Notes: a model not told the origin generated them from the letters alone. DNA of 62,904 nt, filler included, from Reclinomonas americana ATCC 50394 (GCA_048213135.1; 5 parts of 2 records of this genome joined end to end with filler, not necessarily neighbours in it); one strand, 5' to 3'; shown: positions 47,501 to 61,538, counted from the whole stretch's first letter. Translations and numbers: made by a program.

Positions 47501-50500
47501 CTGATNNNNNNNNNNNNNNNNNNNNCCTTACACTCGCACTCACTCACTACATGTGTGCACCACAGAATATGAAGTCGACTGGCCGCCACAGTTCGATCTG
47601 TCCAAGTACTTTGGATGGATCAAGCTGGACGACTTCTCGGCAGCGTCGAGCTACGGGGTGCGCCGTGATGTCTCGCACACACACATTCACTCACCACGAC
47701 TCACTCTTAACCGTTCGCACCCCCAGTGTTTCGTGTCTCCCTTGGAGCACTACTACGTGAAACTAGTGTCCATTGTGGGCGTGCTGGTGATCGGACTGGC
47801 GCTGCTTGTGATTCAGTTCATCTACCAGAAGCGAGTGGCAGACGCCAATGATCGTCGTCGGCGGCCTGACGTTGCGTTCTCTCTCATGTGGTCGGCCTTT
47901 CTTGCTGCGCTCGCGCTCACGCATTTTTTTTTTGAAACAGGCTGCGCTTACGGCGCCAAAGCATCCAGAGGGCGACAAGATTGTCAAGATCTCTGGCCAG
48001 CGTATGATCTTGTGGCTCGTGCGTGAGACTCATGCCGCTCAATTCCTTGTTTCGCCACTGGTACACTCAACCACACTGGGTCTTTGCGCAGTTCCTCTTC
48101 TATCCCTCCGTGTCATCGTTCCTGTTCAAGGTGCAGTCTGCACACGCCGTAGCAGACCTCGTATTGTATGTGCTCACTTTTGTTGCGCTTCNNNNNNNNN
48201 NNNNNNNNNNNGGTCAGATTGGCATCGTCAGCAAGCTGTGTCCGCGTGGTACCTTCCGCAACAAGTTGCGATGCACATGATGACGAGCGATGCTGTGCTA
48301 CTGTACTGCAGTGCTCACTGCGTGGTGGCGCGCACAGTCAACTCGAAATCCCACAGTGCCGTGACTGTGACAGCGGGCAGTACACGTGGGACGAAGACCA
48401 GACCAGTTGCTCCGTTGCGTCGTCGCATGCTTCTTTAAGGTGGGCAGACGGGTGATTCTGACGATACTCTTTCGAACTAGTCATGCCCTACCGGCGGCTA
48501 CTGCAGCAGTGGCATTCTGTTGTACTCGGCGGCCGGTTACTGGCGACCCAACAACAATACGAATGTGTTGTACAGGTTTGGTGCTTTCCATCGGCACCAT
48601 TCCGCATTCTGTCTGCTGACCTCCTGTTGTGTATCTGTGACTGCAATCTCGGCAGTTGTCCGTACGGAAGCTCGGGGTGCCCCGGAGGCAGTAGCAGTGC
48701 GGATGATCCTGTGTGCAGCTCTGGATACTCTGGTACGCGTCTTGGACCGACTATTCTCTGCCTGGTCAACAATGATTGCTCAGTGCTGCTGTTGATTACA
48801 GGCCCCGTGTGCGCCGTCTGTCAGTCCGGATACTACTCGACGTCGTCCGCGTGCAAGTGTTGCGTCCCTTCGCGGTGTCACCGATCTCAGTCGCACTGCG
48901 CTTGCCGCTGTACACAACTGATTTTTTACCGTGCGTGCAGTGTGCCCGTCCACCGGCATCAGCGTTCTTTCTTTCCTCGGCTTTGTGCTGCTGATGGGAC
49001 TGGTCATGCTGATGTTCTACAGCATCACCAACGAGACGGTTGCGTTGTGCTGCTTCCGTTCTCACGCGGTGCTACACACGGCTCATTGTGGTTGTTGCAG
49101 ACGCTGGCTCGTCTCAAGGTCATTGTCGGCGCTGTGCAGGTCGTAGTCGCACTGCCTGGTGAGCTCAACGCGTGCCACGCGTGNNNNNNNNNNNNNNNNN
49201 NNNAGCGGCAGTCGTCGTAGATGACACCGAAAACTGCACCACCGAGGTGGCATTCGGCTGCAACTGCACCGTTAGCGACGACAATGTGTAAACGCCTGCC
49301 ACAGAGAGAGGCAGTGAGCGACGAAAGCTGTCTCATGAAGAAAAAATCAGATCACATACTCCACCATTGACCGATGTGGCCGAAATCGTGCCCGACAGAG
49401 CCGACTTGGACGCGCTTTGAACCGTCACCGTGGACTCATTGTCAATGGTCACTTGTTGGTTGTGCTGCGCAGGCACACACACAACTTGAGACACACAACA
49501 TAGACATCTTACTCAACAGCACATGGTGCACGATCGCACCTGATCCAACAGCACAAGTGAAAAGGATGGCGTCTGCTGGCCACTGGTGATGGACAGAGTG
49601 GCCGCCGCAGGCAGTGCAATCAGATATGGCACTGCGACGTACACGCCACCGTGAGCGCATACTACCACACCATCACTCTCTCTCATCACGCACGCATGCA
49701 CACACACCTGTGGCCCAGTCGCTGCCGTAACCGCCGGTTCCCACACTATTGCTGTCGCAGGAGAGGCTCAGCCGCTGAGGCGCGTATGTTGGCGACGACC
49801 AGTACATTGCACCGCCAGCAGTGCTCGCCTGCGTATTGCGACACTGTGGTGAGACCACCGATGCTTCACACGCAACGAGTACAATTTGCGCACACACAAA
49901 CCCTATTTTCCGAAAACGACGACGTGGAGATGATACCGACTTTGCTCGAGGCCACTGTGGCCTTACTGGTGGGTGGCGTGCCGAGTACTGAAACCGCGTT
50001 CGAGGCCTGACAGCTGGTCAGTGCGCGAAGCCGGCCCGCCAGCAATGCATCGTCGGAGAAGCGCCGACCAGAGGCGTACGGTGACGACGACGGAAAGGTG
50101 GTGGTCGGTGTCGCAGCTGCCATGTCGACAGCTGCTTCAGATCCAGAGTCGGAGGCAGATGAAGATAGGTACGCGAGAGACGACGACACTGCCGGTACAT
50201 CGGCCTTCGAGGTCGTGCGCGGACAGCTACCGACGCTGGAAGGCACAGAGGTGGAAATGAATTCGGCAACATACACCGCGCCGCCATACTCAGCCGTGTT
50301 CTTTGAGAACGCGCAGCCAGAAATCTGGTAGCAGAATATGCCCGTCTCGATGCTAAAGTACACGCCACCGCCTGCGAAACAGCAAATGACGAGTAAGCTC
50401 GGAGGCAGAGTGGCGAAGCAGCATTTCAACGCCGATCAGGTAATCACCTTTGCCACTGGTCACCGTGTTGCTGGTGACTTTGACGCTGGAGAACACTGCA

Positions 50501-50713
50501 TCGACAGATGTCGCAGCCGTGGTTCCACTGCGACTGGTTTGCACCACCTCGATCGCGCCACCCAGACTCGTTGCCGTATTGAGGGAGATCTCTCCACCAG
50601 AGATGAGTAGCCCATCGCAGACTTGACAACTGATGGCTCCGCCAGTGACTGCCGATCCGTTCGACATGCTGCAATAGTACACAACATCGGTTATTCAGAA
50701 GGGCTGCAGGGCG

Positions 50714-50803
<90 letters not shown>

Positions 50804-51192
50804 CTCTCTCTCTCTCACACACACACACGTACNNNNNNNNNNNNNNNNNNNNNNNNNNNNNNNNNNNNNNNNNNNNNNNNNNNNNNNNNNNNNNNNNNNN
50901 NNNNNNNNNNNNNNNNNNNNNNNNNNNNNNNNNNNNNNNNNNNNNNNNNNNNNNNNNNNNNNNNNNNNNNNNNNNNNNNNNNNNNNNNNNNNNNNNNNNN
51001 NNNNNNNNNNNNNNNNNNNNNNNNNNNNNNNNNNNNNNNNNNNNNNNNNNNNNNNNNNNNNNNNNNNNNNNNNNNNNNNNNNNNNNNNNNNNNNNNNNNN
51101 NNNNNNNNNNNNNNNNNNNNNNNNNNNNNNNNNNNNNNNNNNNNNNNNNNNNNNNNNNNNNNNNNNNNACGGGACGGTACGTACGGACGGAC

Positions 51193-51273
<81 letters not shown>

Positions 51274-53845
51274 ACACACTATCTCTCTCTCTCACACACA
51301 CACGAACTTGCAGTTGCTGAATGACACCGACACATAGGTGCCAATGTACACGGCACCACCGCTGCCGAACGTGGACTTGCTCGACGTAAAGGTGGAGCTG
51401 GTGAAAGCCGCCGTCACAGACGCAGCACTGGTCGAGGTGATGTGGACCTGCAACAAGCAGTGAGTAACTCAACAGCGAAGCTGCCGTGGACACCCACTCA
51501 CCGCGCCGCCACTCTGCGTGGCCGTGTTGCTCGAGAATGTGGAGCCAGAGATCGTCGCGACGGCAATCTCAGCATACACAGCGCCACCGCTGCCGGCGGC
51601 CGTGTTTGTTGAAAATGTGCAGTTAGTGATGGTAAAAATACTCGCCGACGCGCTAATTGCTCCGCCGGAAGCCGAGGAGCTGTTGCTCGTCATGGCGGCG
51701 TTGCTGAAGCTGGCAACAGACGATGTCAGAGTGACTGGTGGAAGTGTTCGTGAAATCAGTTAGTGCTTGAAAATATATCAAGAGCAAACACACACAGCAA
51801 GGATCACGCACATGCGCCGCCACCGGAGGACGCAGTGTTGGATGAATACGTTCCACCAGTGACAGTCAAACTTGTGACACCCGACGCAGCCACGCTTCCA
51901 GAATTTGTCGAAGCGTTTCGCGTGACAGTGCATGAGATGAGCTACAAAAAAGAGCGCATTCAGTCGACGACATAAGCACGCGAGATAAGAGACAGCAAGG
52001 CTCTAATATGCGCACCGAATTCGTGCCTCCGACAAAAGTCACAGCTTGCGACGCGTGATCTGCAATGGTGACTGACGTGAACGTAACCGTGCGGTTGTAA
52101 GCACTCGAGAACACAGCGGAGCCGCCAGACGTGGCACTGGTGAAGCGTTCATGAATGAGCAGCGCGGCGCTAGGCAGACATGCAGGGAATACAGAATGCG
52201 CATGACGCAACCTATTCCTGCTGAACGTGGAATTCTTCACCGCCAGCTCCGCGTCGACAGCAAAGACTGCAGTGGAACAGTCAATAGCCGTAGTCAGCAA
52301 GACAGCAGAAATGAAGGATGAACGAAACTGCCGCCCGCAATGGCCGACTGATTGCTGGTGAATGTCGACGTGTTGATGGTGACAGTGGTGGCAGTGACGT
52401 ACACGGCACTGCAAGACAACGTCGGCATCACGACATAGAGAAGCATTGCAACATAGCGCACAACGTACCCTCCGACACGATTTGCGACATTGGTCGAAAA
52501 CGTGCAGTCCGTGATCTGTGCAAGACGGTAATAAGTATCTGAAGCAGGACGACAAGGCACTCGGGGAGCAACACACCGAGTGTGCGGTGCCGGAGACAAC
52601 AAAGACAGCAGCGCCGTTGCCAGCAGTGTTGCCGGTGAACTTGGTCGTCGACACGGTGAGAAGCGTGCCGCCGCCCAGTGCCGCAATAGCGCCACCCAAG
52701 CCCGATGAACTGGCCTTGTTGTTGGCAAACTCACTGCAGGTGGCGCCAACCCGTGAGTCAGCAGTGGAATCACATGCATGGCCACCAAAAATCGCGCAAC
52801 GCACCAGTTGTCCGACACGTTGAGAATGGCGTCGTCCACAAGGACTGCTCCGCCCTGTTAGATGAGACAAACAGCGAATCAGTCAGTGTCACTGGCATTC
52901 AACCAAAGCCGATTGATTTGCGCACATCGGCAGTGCTGGTGTTGAGCTTGAAGGTCGACTGGGATATATTGGATGCAGTCTCCACGGCTGTATTGGATTT
53001 CCACTCATCAGTGAAGCAAGACACGCAACCTACTGCACTCAGCGTACGAACCCCGTAGTGACAGGCCTCCAACACGACCCGTATTGTTGGTCATGGTCAC
53101 CGACACGAGACTGGTCGGCGTACCTGTCGTTGTGTCGACAACGAACACAATCAGTGTGAGTAAACAGCGCGTGAGAGTTAACTACACACGAGTAACGGAG
53201 TCGCAACTGAGGACAGTAATGGCGCCGCCCGTTTGCGCTCCATTCTGATCGAATAAGCTGGACGCAATGTTGAGTGTGTACGGCAACGTCATGGTCGGTA
53301 CATAAGACGAGCCACTCGAGTAAATGGCACTGGCAGATGCGCCCTACGAAAGGAAAAGAAGGCTGCACATCAGCAGAGAATTTCAACGTTTGCAACAATC
53401 GCCACGTCGCCAAACCGTATTCTTGCTGAACGTGCACGACGTGAGCGTACTATAGCTCGGATTCGACAGCGTCAACGCCGTGTCAGGCGCATTCGTGAAT
53501 GAAACAGTGGTCATTGACAGCGACGAGTACGACAGAGACACACGCGGAGTGTCTGCAAACACAATTGAGCGTCGGTGAATTGAACTGCACATCATGCAAC
53601 GTGCCTGTCGAAAGAAAGAGACGCACCTCCGCTACTGCCGACCGTGCCTCCGGTGAACGAGACGCCTGTCATTGTCACCAAAGCCGCTGTGTCGAGACTT
53701 CCGCTCATGGCGAACACCACACCACCACCCGAGAAAACGCTCGTTGCGTTTCCGGTGTTGGTGACCGTCAGCTTGCCGCCACCAGAACCCTGCACAAAGA
53801 GAGCGCGTTGGAGCACTGTTGAATGATGAAGCAATGCCATGAGGG
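44507..53845 (-). CDS. Polymorphic-membrane-protein-like (GGA[IV]/FxxN beta-helix) Cys-rich multi-TM receptor-like protein; 5' end lost in gap; two internal contigs inverted
   Basis: Repeats GGAI/GGAV + FSTNTA/FTGNTA; Cys-rich CPTGGYC..GYWR..GPVCAVCQSGYY; TM region LKVIVGAVQVV, WPPQF, FLFYPSVS, FSVLYSDYKAGREWW and RRPLLD; acidic tail. Confidence 0.85.
50717..51302. repeat. (CA)n microsatellites flanking a gap (intronic)
   Basis: Directly visible at ~50717-50800 and ~51194-51280. Confidence 0.95.
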
Positions 53846-53945
53846 NNNNNNNNNNNNNNNNNNNNNNNNNNNNNNNNNNNNNNNNNNNNTTAATTAATTA
53901 ANNNNNNNNNNNNNNNNNNNNNNNNNNNNNNNNNNNNNNNNNNNN

Positions 53946-56534
53946 CGGGTTCGCGCAAAATGTCGGCCATCAACTCCTTGACTGAACTCTCCCGTGACAA
54001 GACTGCAATAGATTGGCAAGTATGAGCACCCCCACCACAATGCAAACATAAAAAAGGGTTGCCTCGCGTACCTGGCCCTTCTCTGCTGCGGGCGGCAAAC
54101 GGTACACGCACACTTGCAATGACCACATCATCCATCAGCGGAACGCGATGAGCGACTTCGATGCGCCCAAGCCGCGCCGACTCGGCGGCCGCCGACTGGA
54201 AGGAGGACAAGGACAGTGCCGGAGTGTCGACAGGCGACAGGCGGGCGACACCGTCGACGCATCGCACGGCATCAATGTATCGCCCCTCGAGCTCCGAGAC
54301 GTACGGTCCAGTGTAGCGTACGCGAACGCCATCCACGCGGTCACCCGGGCGAGCCAGCGTCACCTGCCGCTGATCCTCGTACACACGCGACACAAGACCG
54401 ACGCGCGACAGTTGCGGCCGCGTGCTGTCCAGGGCCACCATGTTGCCTTCGTACACGCCAACCACGTCGCCAGCACGCAAAGGCCGATATTCGTCGGCCA
54501 TGTAATCAAACAGCAAGGTCACCGGCGGAACGTCGAGCACGGGTGACCATGCCGGCTCACGCGACGATAAAATGCGCAATTCGCGGTCGAGCAGCAAGAC
54601 GGCGGCTGCGCGACGCACAATCAGTGATCCGCTGCGTGCAGTCCAGGTGCGCCCACCACCACCACACTCACCTCTGTCCTTCAAAAATCCGGCTTGCTGC
54701 TGCAACATTTGCGCCTGCTGCTGATGCAGCTGTGCGCGCTGCTCGTACTCGCTGACCAGATGCAGCAAATTGCGCTCCTCGGACGGTGTCGGCTCCAACG
54801 TCCATTCGTTGCTTCCATGTGGTCGATTGGCGGCAGGCACGATCACCCGAAGCGACGGTGGTAGTGGCGGCGACGGTTGTGGCGGCGCCGAAAACAGCAT
54901 CGGCGCAAAATCCACTCCCACCGTGACTGTCGTCGGCGACAGTTTCTGATCCAGGTCCATGTCTGCACAGCGGTTGACGTGCGGAATGACCTGCGTCGCC
55001 GCATGTTGTTGGTCACGCCAGGGGAAGCCGGAGGTGCCGGTGAAGCGAGCACTGGCGGGTGGTGGTGCAGAGGCTGTCGCAAGAACACTGTTGGCGGTGG
55101 CAGTGGTTGCGGTGGTTGTGGTTGTGGTTGTGGTGGTGGTGGTCGTCGTGGCGGCACCCGCTACCGCAGTGGGAGGCGCCAGCAAGCAGGACGTGGGTGA
55201 GTCGGACAGAGGCGACTCGGATTCCGACTCGTCGTCGTCCTTCTCGCTGTGTGCCGGCAGCGACGCCGGCTTCGCGGTCTGCGGCAAGACCCACAGCTGC
55301 GTCAGTGGAGTAATGGTGTCGTCTGTGGGGTGCCAGTCCCACAAGTCGGGGCGTTGCGTACGGCGGTACCGAGTCGAGGAAAGCGGCGGCAATACAGGGG
55401 GCGCGGCGGCCGTGGCCGACACGAATACGGCAGTGGGTTGCGAGGCCACAGTCGCCGGTGGCGCTGACCGAACACCGTCACTCTTTGGTGTCGCCGTCGC
55501 GGTAGTCGTCGTCGTCGTCGGCGAGCCAAGTTTGAAAACGGGGCGCACAGTGGATACAGGCGGCATCATCATGGCCAGCGTGGTCGACGATGGAGGAGGT
55601 TTCAGTGGTCCCACTGGCAAGTGCTGGTGCTGCTGCTGTTGCTGCTGCTGTTGCTTGCCATGCTTGGCCTTGTTGCGCCGACTCGTTTGCGACGGATTGC
55701 GCATCATGACGTGAACCACGTCGCCACGAGCAGTTCGCAAGCGCGCCTCACGGGCGTCCTTGCCGCACTTTTTCCCTTCGCGACAGTACTGGAATGCATT
55801 TGTGGGCGCGCAAGCAGAGACATGATATCCAAATACACACACATACGCGCGCACAACACGTACCTCAGCCTTGCCTTCGCATCGGCGCCACGTGATGAGC
55901 ACGGCACCGTCGTCCCCGACGGAAAACTGAACAACAACCGTGAGTGCGACGAAACCCATCTGTTCGCACACCACACCACAAAACATCCACTCACATTCTC
56001 CAGACTCTGCACGCCTTCCACCTGCGTGACCAACAGCGTCGCGCACGACTCCGCATCACGCACAAAGAAGCGATCGGCGGAGCACGTGCTCGGCCTCTCC
56101 AAATTGACATGATACTCGAGCGTCCACACCGTTCCCGACGACTGCGACTCCGCGCGCTCCTGCTCATCCTCTCCCCCGTCCTCCCCGTCCTCCACCGCGG
56201 CGTCTCCATCGCTCACCAGAGACGTGCAGCCACTCTCTTCCATCGAGATGCGCTTCACCATACGCAGACTGCGTCCCGCGTATCGCAGCTCCACTCGTCT
56301 GCGCGCCGACTCCTGCGTCAACACGCGACGTGTGGCGGGTAGTGACGGAGGCGGGAGTGGTGGTAGTGATGCCAGTCTCTGTGCTGGCCTATCATCGTTC
56401 TCATCGACATCGCCGGAATGCAGTCGATCATTGTCAGAGTCATTCCGGTTCGAGTCATCATCATCATCATCATGTGTGTGTCGAGCATGCATGGTGTCTG
56501 TGACGCGCAACACTCGCAAGTCAGTCTCTTGCAT
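53946..56534 (-). CDS. Hypothetical protein with polyQ/polyT tracts, a peptidase-G2/phage-like beta domain and a terminal Cys/His motif; 3' end in gap
   Basis: Long ORFs joined by GT-AG introns; LFDYMADEYRPLRAGDVVGVY..VGLVS..GDRVDGVRVRYTGP and CLHCGGGAHTC. Confidence 0.65.
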
Positions 56535-56808
56535 CGTGGAAGAGAAAAGAGAGAGAGAGAGAGTGCGAGAGTGTGAGAGTGTGTGCGTGAGCGCGCACCA
56601 CTGACACCAGTCATTGGCACATCAACATCGTCATCGTTGGCGTCTTCTGCTGCACTGGCCGCGCTCACAAGCAAGTCGAGTGCGCGTGTTCCCCACATGC
56701 TGCCCTCACACGGTGTGTGCGCCACTGCTGCACACACTGTCGAGTGGAGAAGAGTAGAGTGTGCATATTGCGCGCGCGAGCGAGGTTGTCCACTGCAAAA
56801 CAAACACC

Positions 56809-59153
56809 ATGTCGGGCGGTGAGTTGGCCCACTTGCATGCACACTGTGTTGCCTACACACGCACGCACGCACAGACACGCGCGCGAATGTCTGCACGTTG
56901 TGTTGTTTTGCTGTGCGTGACATTTCCCCCTCTTGCTGCTCACACCAAACTTGCACGCAGAGTCGACGACACTGCGCATTGTGCACGTGAACGATGTGTA
57001 CGAGCTGCATCAGTTCCCGCGACTGCGCACACTGGTGCAGCAGCAGCAGCAGCAGCGATCGACTGATGCACATGTAAAGACTGTGACAACCATGGCGGGA
57101 GACTTCCTCGCACCCTCACTGCTCTCGGGCATTGATCGCGGTCGTGGCATGGTCGACTGTCTCAATCACGTGCCTGTTGATATTGTCTCGTTTGGAAATC
57201 ACGAGACCGATGTGCCGTATGAGTCGCTGGAGAGACGCATTGAGGAGTACTCGGGAGTGTGGCTCAACAGTAACATGCCGGCGTTTGGAGTGCCGTTGCC
57301 GACATCGCATGTGGTGCAGGTGGGCAAGCGCAAGGTCGCCTTTGTGGGACTCATGTCTGCGGATCCAACGTTGTACCGCCCGAATTCGTTTGGAGGTGCA
57401 TTCACGTCGTTGACGCCGGTGAACAGCACGTTGCGTTGCTGCGCACAGTGGAGGGAGAGTGAGAGTTGTGCAGCGGCCAACGAATGTGCATGCGTGTAGA
57501 TGTGCCGATTTGTGCCATCAGCTGCGTGGCAGTGTCGACTGTGTTATTCCGTTGACGCACCAGGATCAGCCGGATGACGATGCTCTCGGCCACATGGGTC
57601 TCTCGCTCGGTGTGCCGGTGGTTCTTGGCGGGCACGATCATAATGAGGTGAGGAGACGCAGGCGGGGGTGCACACTCGTGTGTGTCGCTTATGCCTCCGA
57701 TGCAGTGCGTCAAGTTTGTCAATGGCTGTCTCGTGGCCAAGAGCGGCATGGATGCCAAGCGTGCCACCATTATTGAGTTGACGTGGAGCAGCGATGAGGA
57801 TGTGCTGCCGACAGTGACGTTCCACATGGAGACGGTGACCGCGTACGACCCCGACCCGGCGCTGGCCGAGATTGTGGAGTCGCACATGGTTTGTTGGGGT
57901 AGTCACCATCTCCCCTCTCCTTCTTGCCTTCTCTCTGTCTTCCCCTCTACTCTGTCTTCTCCCCCACTCTGTCTCCCCACCTTTCCGTCTCTCTCCCCGC
58001 GCCCTTGTAATTGCAGTACGGTTCTCACCATCCTTTTGTTGGGCAGGTGAAACTTGCGGCCCTCGACTGCATGGTGTTGTTTTTGATTCGCGACAAGGAA
58101 GCGCCGGCACGCAGCCCCACCTCCACCGAGATGGCGGAAAAGTATTCGGGGTTGACGGCCCGGCAGCGCTTCCTCGCGCTCACGTTGCACTCGTTGCCGG
58201 CGATCTCGTCGGTGAATTCGCGCTGCCAGGGCACCACACTCGGCACGCTGCTGTGCTCCATTCTCCGCGGCATTCTCAACGTGGATGTGAGTTGGGGAGC
58301 GGGGGTTGCCCATGTATGCGCATTTGCTGACTTTTTTTCCATGCGCAGGCCTGCGTGTTGGAGAGCGGCGGCGCACTGCGTGTTCGCAAGGATTACCCCG
58401 AGCGCTTCACTTACGGTGATTTGCAGGCGGAGATGGTGCGTCGCATGTATCAGACACAGACACGCACACCCCTTTTGTTTGCTAACTTTTAACTGTGGGG
58501 CGAAACAGCCGTTCGAGAACAATCTCGGCGTCATTGCGATGCCGGGAGCTGTGCTGGCCGAGGCCATTCGCGTGTCGCGCGACGTGCAGCCCGGTGAGGA
58601 GAACTCGAGCTTGCTGCAAAACGACGACGGCATCACGATCGAGCCGGCGCCGTCACACCGCGTGACCCGCGTCGGCGGGCGGCCACTGGAACCGGAGCGC
58701 CTGTATCGTGTGGCATTCAACTTGGATCTCGGACTCGGGCACAGCAATCCCGTGCTGCGCGCGTTTGCAGAGCGCAATCCGACCATTGTGCCACACGCCG
58801 ACTCCTGTCTGCCGGCCAAGATCGTGCTGATGGAGTTCTTTAGTCGCCTCTTCTGGGAGCGCCTGCCCTCGTTCGACACGGTCGACGTGAACGGCGACGG
58901 CTTCCTGTCGGTGGACGAGGTGCGCGACCAGTACGTGAAGCTGTTTGCCGACGTGAACGGCGACGGTGTCGTGGACGCCAGCGAACTGGCGGCCGCCAAC
59001 TGCATGGCCGAGTTGCTGATCAAGGCCGTCGATCGCAACCGCGACTTCAAGGTCTCTCGCGAGGAGTACGAGACCATGTTTTGCGATTCCAGCCCGGCCG
59101 CACCAGCCCCCGTGTCGGTGCATGATCCGGATTATGTGCCGGCGTGGGAGTGA
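56809..59153 (+). CDS. 5'-nucleotidase/apyrase family metallophosphoesterase fused to C-terminal EF-hands
   Basis: VHVNDVYEL, GDFLAPSLLS, GNHE, LTHQ and GGHDH; 5'-NT C-domain GGALR..TYGDL..PFEN; EF loops DVNGDGFLSVDE, DVNGDGVVDASE and DRNRDFKVSREE. Confidence 0.92.
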
Positions 59154-59199
59154 GTGAGTGGGAGGAAAGGAAAGGGAAATGTAATGTGACCGTTGCAAA

Positions 59200-59209
59200 T
59201 TTGGCGGGA
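59200..59209 (+). promoter_or_regulatory. Possible E2F-like site TTTGGCGGGA
   Basis: Lies in the 84-bp gap ~30 bp upstream of the CEP43-like ATG. Motif similarity only. Confidence 0.3.
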
Positions 59210-59237
59210 GGCGAGAGACTTTAAACAAGCGTCAAAG

Positions 59238-61505
59238 ATGGCCAGCAAGAAGCCGGCCTCGAAGGAGGATTCTCTGGAGGTTGTGCGCCAGATGGTTCTG
59301 CGCACGTTGGAGTCCAAGGGCATTCTCTCAAAGCTCAAGGTCTGTGCGCGTGTGTGTGTACGTGTGTCTCAGTATCTGTGCGCGTGTGTCTCCTTTCTCT
59401 CTCTCTCTCTCTCTCCAACACCCACACACGTGCACACACAGGCAGAGTTGCGTGCCAGTGTATACACAGCAATCGAGGATCCAGATGAGTTGAGCGAAGA
59501 GCAGCTGCGTGCGGGCGAGAGGATGCACTCGTCGCCTGATCGTTGCGTGCGCCCTCCCTTGTGCACACACACACGCTCACACACAGTCACTCACTCTCTC
59601 TCTCTCTCTCACACACTCAGGGGTGTTGGCATTGCACTTGGTGCGCGAGTTGCTGGATTGTTATGGACTCGTACACACCATGGACGTGTTTGAGCAGGAC
59701 TCACAGCTGGTCAGTGCTCGCCACTCCCTCTCTCTCTCTCACACACACAGTCACTGAGTGTGTGAGAATTGGGGGCAAGCGCAGTACAGAGACGCATCGT
59801 GGCCTTCACGAGAAGCCATGCTGGCCTCACTCGGACTGACCGACAGCACGGAACCGGTGTTGGTGTCACTGGTGCGCAAGAGCTTGGGATCTCCGATCGC
59901 CCCCACTGGAGAGACGACAAACAGCAAGAGCGTGCCTTCTGTCATTCGAGTGCCGACTGTGCCGAAACCGCAGTTGCGATCGATCTGCACGCTCGCTTGT
60001 CGTGTGTGCGCATGTTGTCTCTTGCTGAGAGAGGGAGCGATGCAGAGCGTTGCCATCTCCGCTCTCTGACACTGCCGACGACGACGACGATGATGATGAG
60101 CATGATCGGAACGGTGTGGCTCGCAAGGCGTCGCCGACCAAGACGCCACCTGCGCAGCCTGCGGCCGCAGCCAAGCCCGGTGAGTGTTGTTCATTGAACA
60201 GCGCCTTCTTCGGTTTAAATTGCTGCTCATGTGGTGTGCCGTGAGAAGCCGCGGCAGCAGCTGGTGGTGGTGGTGGTGGTGGACATGCCACGCCACTGGT
60301 GGCGTCGGTGGATCAGCCGCTCTCACGGCTCGGTCAGTTGCCGTCGCTGCAGGGGCGATCGGCGTTGACGGCGTCGGATCCGAATCGGCTGCGCGTCACT
60401 GGTTCGCTTGGCGACAGTCTCGAGAATCCACTCACCATGACGTTCTCCACGTTGCGTGAATGTCATTCAAGCTGGGGTTCTGATGATGCCTGCTGTCGCT
60501 TACTTTTAGCGATACGCAGTGACTCGGGCCATGAGCAAATAGATCAGCCGCTGACGCCAAACAGGGTACGTCTTTACTCTCTCTCTCTCTTTCTCTCCCT
60601 CTGTCTCGCACACACACTCACCTCTTTCGCTTGAGGCCATTCTACTGGTCATCGACTGACGTCTTGCGTGCGTAGGGTTCCTTCCTGGAGACCGCCAATG
60701 AACGCGTCTCTGCGCAGCAGCAGCCCGTATCACGCAAGAGCCCGCTCGATGCCTCGGTGGACAGGTGGGCCTTGTGTGTTGAATCACCCGCCCTTTCAGT
60801 TCATTTGCTCACCTTCACGCTCGCAGCATCGGCTCACCCTCGGCAGTCGGCACGGAGGAGACGGTGGAGTCGATTGCGGAGAGTGTGGACGACGTCATGG
60901 ATGAGGACGACGAGAGACCATTGTCGCGAGGTGGCGTTCAAACACCCCCCGGCGCCGCACTACCGCCGCCGCGATTCGGAGCCGCCAGCCAGTTGCAGCG
61001 ACCACCGGAGCGCGATGGCCGACCTGCACAGCCCAACAGTCCGTCAACAATAACCGCCGCCGTCTCTTCCCCCGCCGGCAGCAATCTCAACAAGTCGACC
61101 GCCAGCACCGCCACGAATCGCTCGTCAGACGAAGACGAGGGCGACGGTCTGGAAGACGACGACGTCGGCGGCCTGAAGCGTCAGTCGCCGGCCGGTAGCG
61201 ACGCTTCCAACTCCAAGCCAGCAGCAGCAGGGCCTGCAAAGGACAAGCCGCCAGCACAACTGGCGCCTTTGGCGGAACCGAAAAAGAGCATGTTGGGTGA
61301 ACTGCCGCCCGTGCGCGGTGGCGCCGGTCGTCTCGATCCCCTCGGTAGCGCAGGTGCCGGTCCACCACGACTCGGTGAGCTGCAGCGACCAGGGTCGGCG
61401 CTGGCCCGTCCGCTGGCCACGGTCGCGGCCGACGAGGCGGTGGATCTCGATTCTGAGGAGGACGTGGAGAGCTCGGATCTGGGCAAGTCGCCAAAGGTGC
61501 GCTCC

Positions 61506-61538
<33 letters not shown>

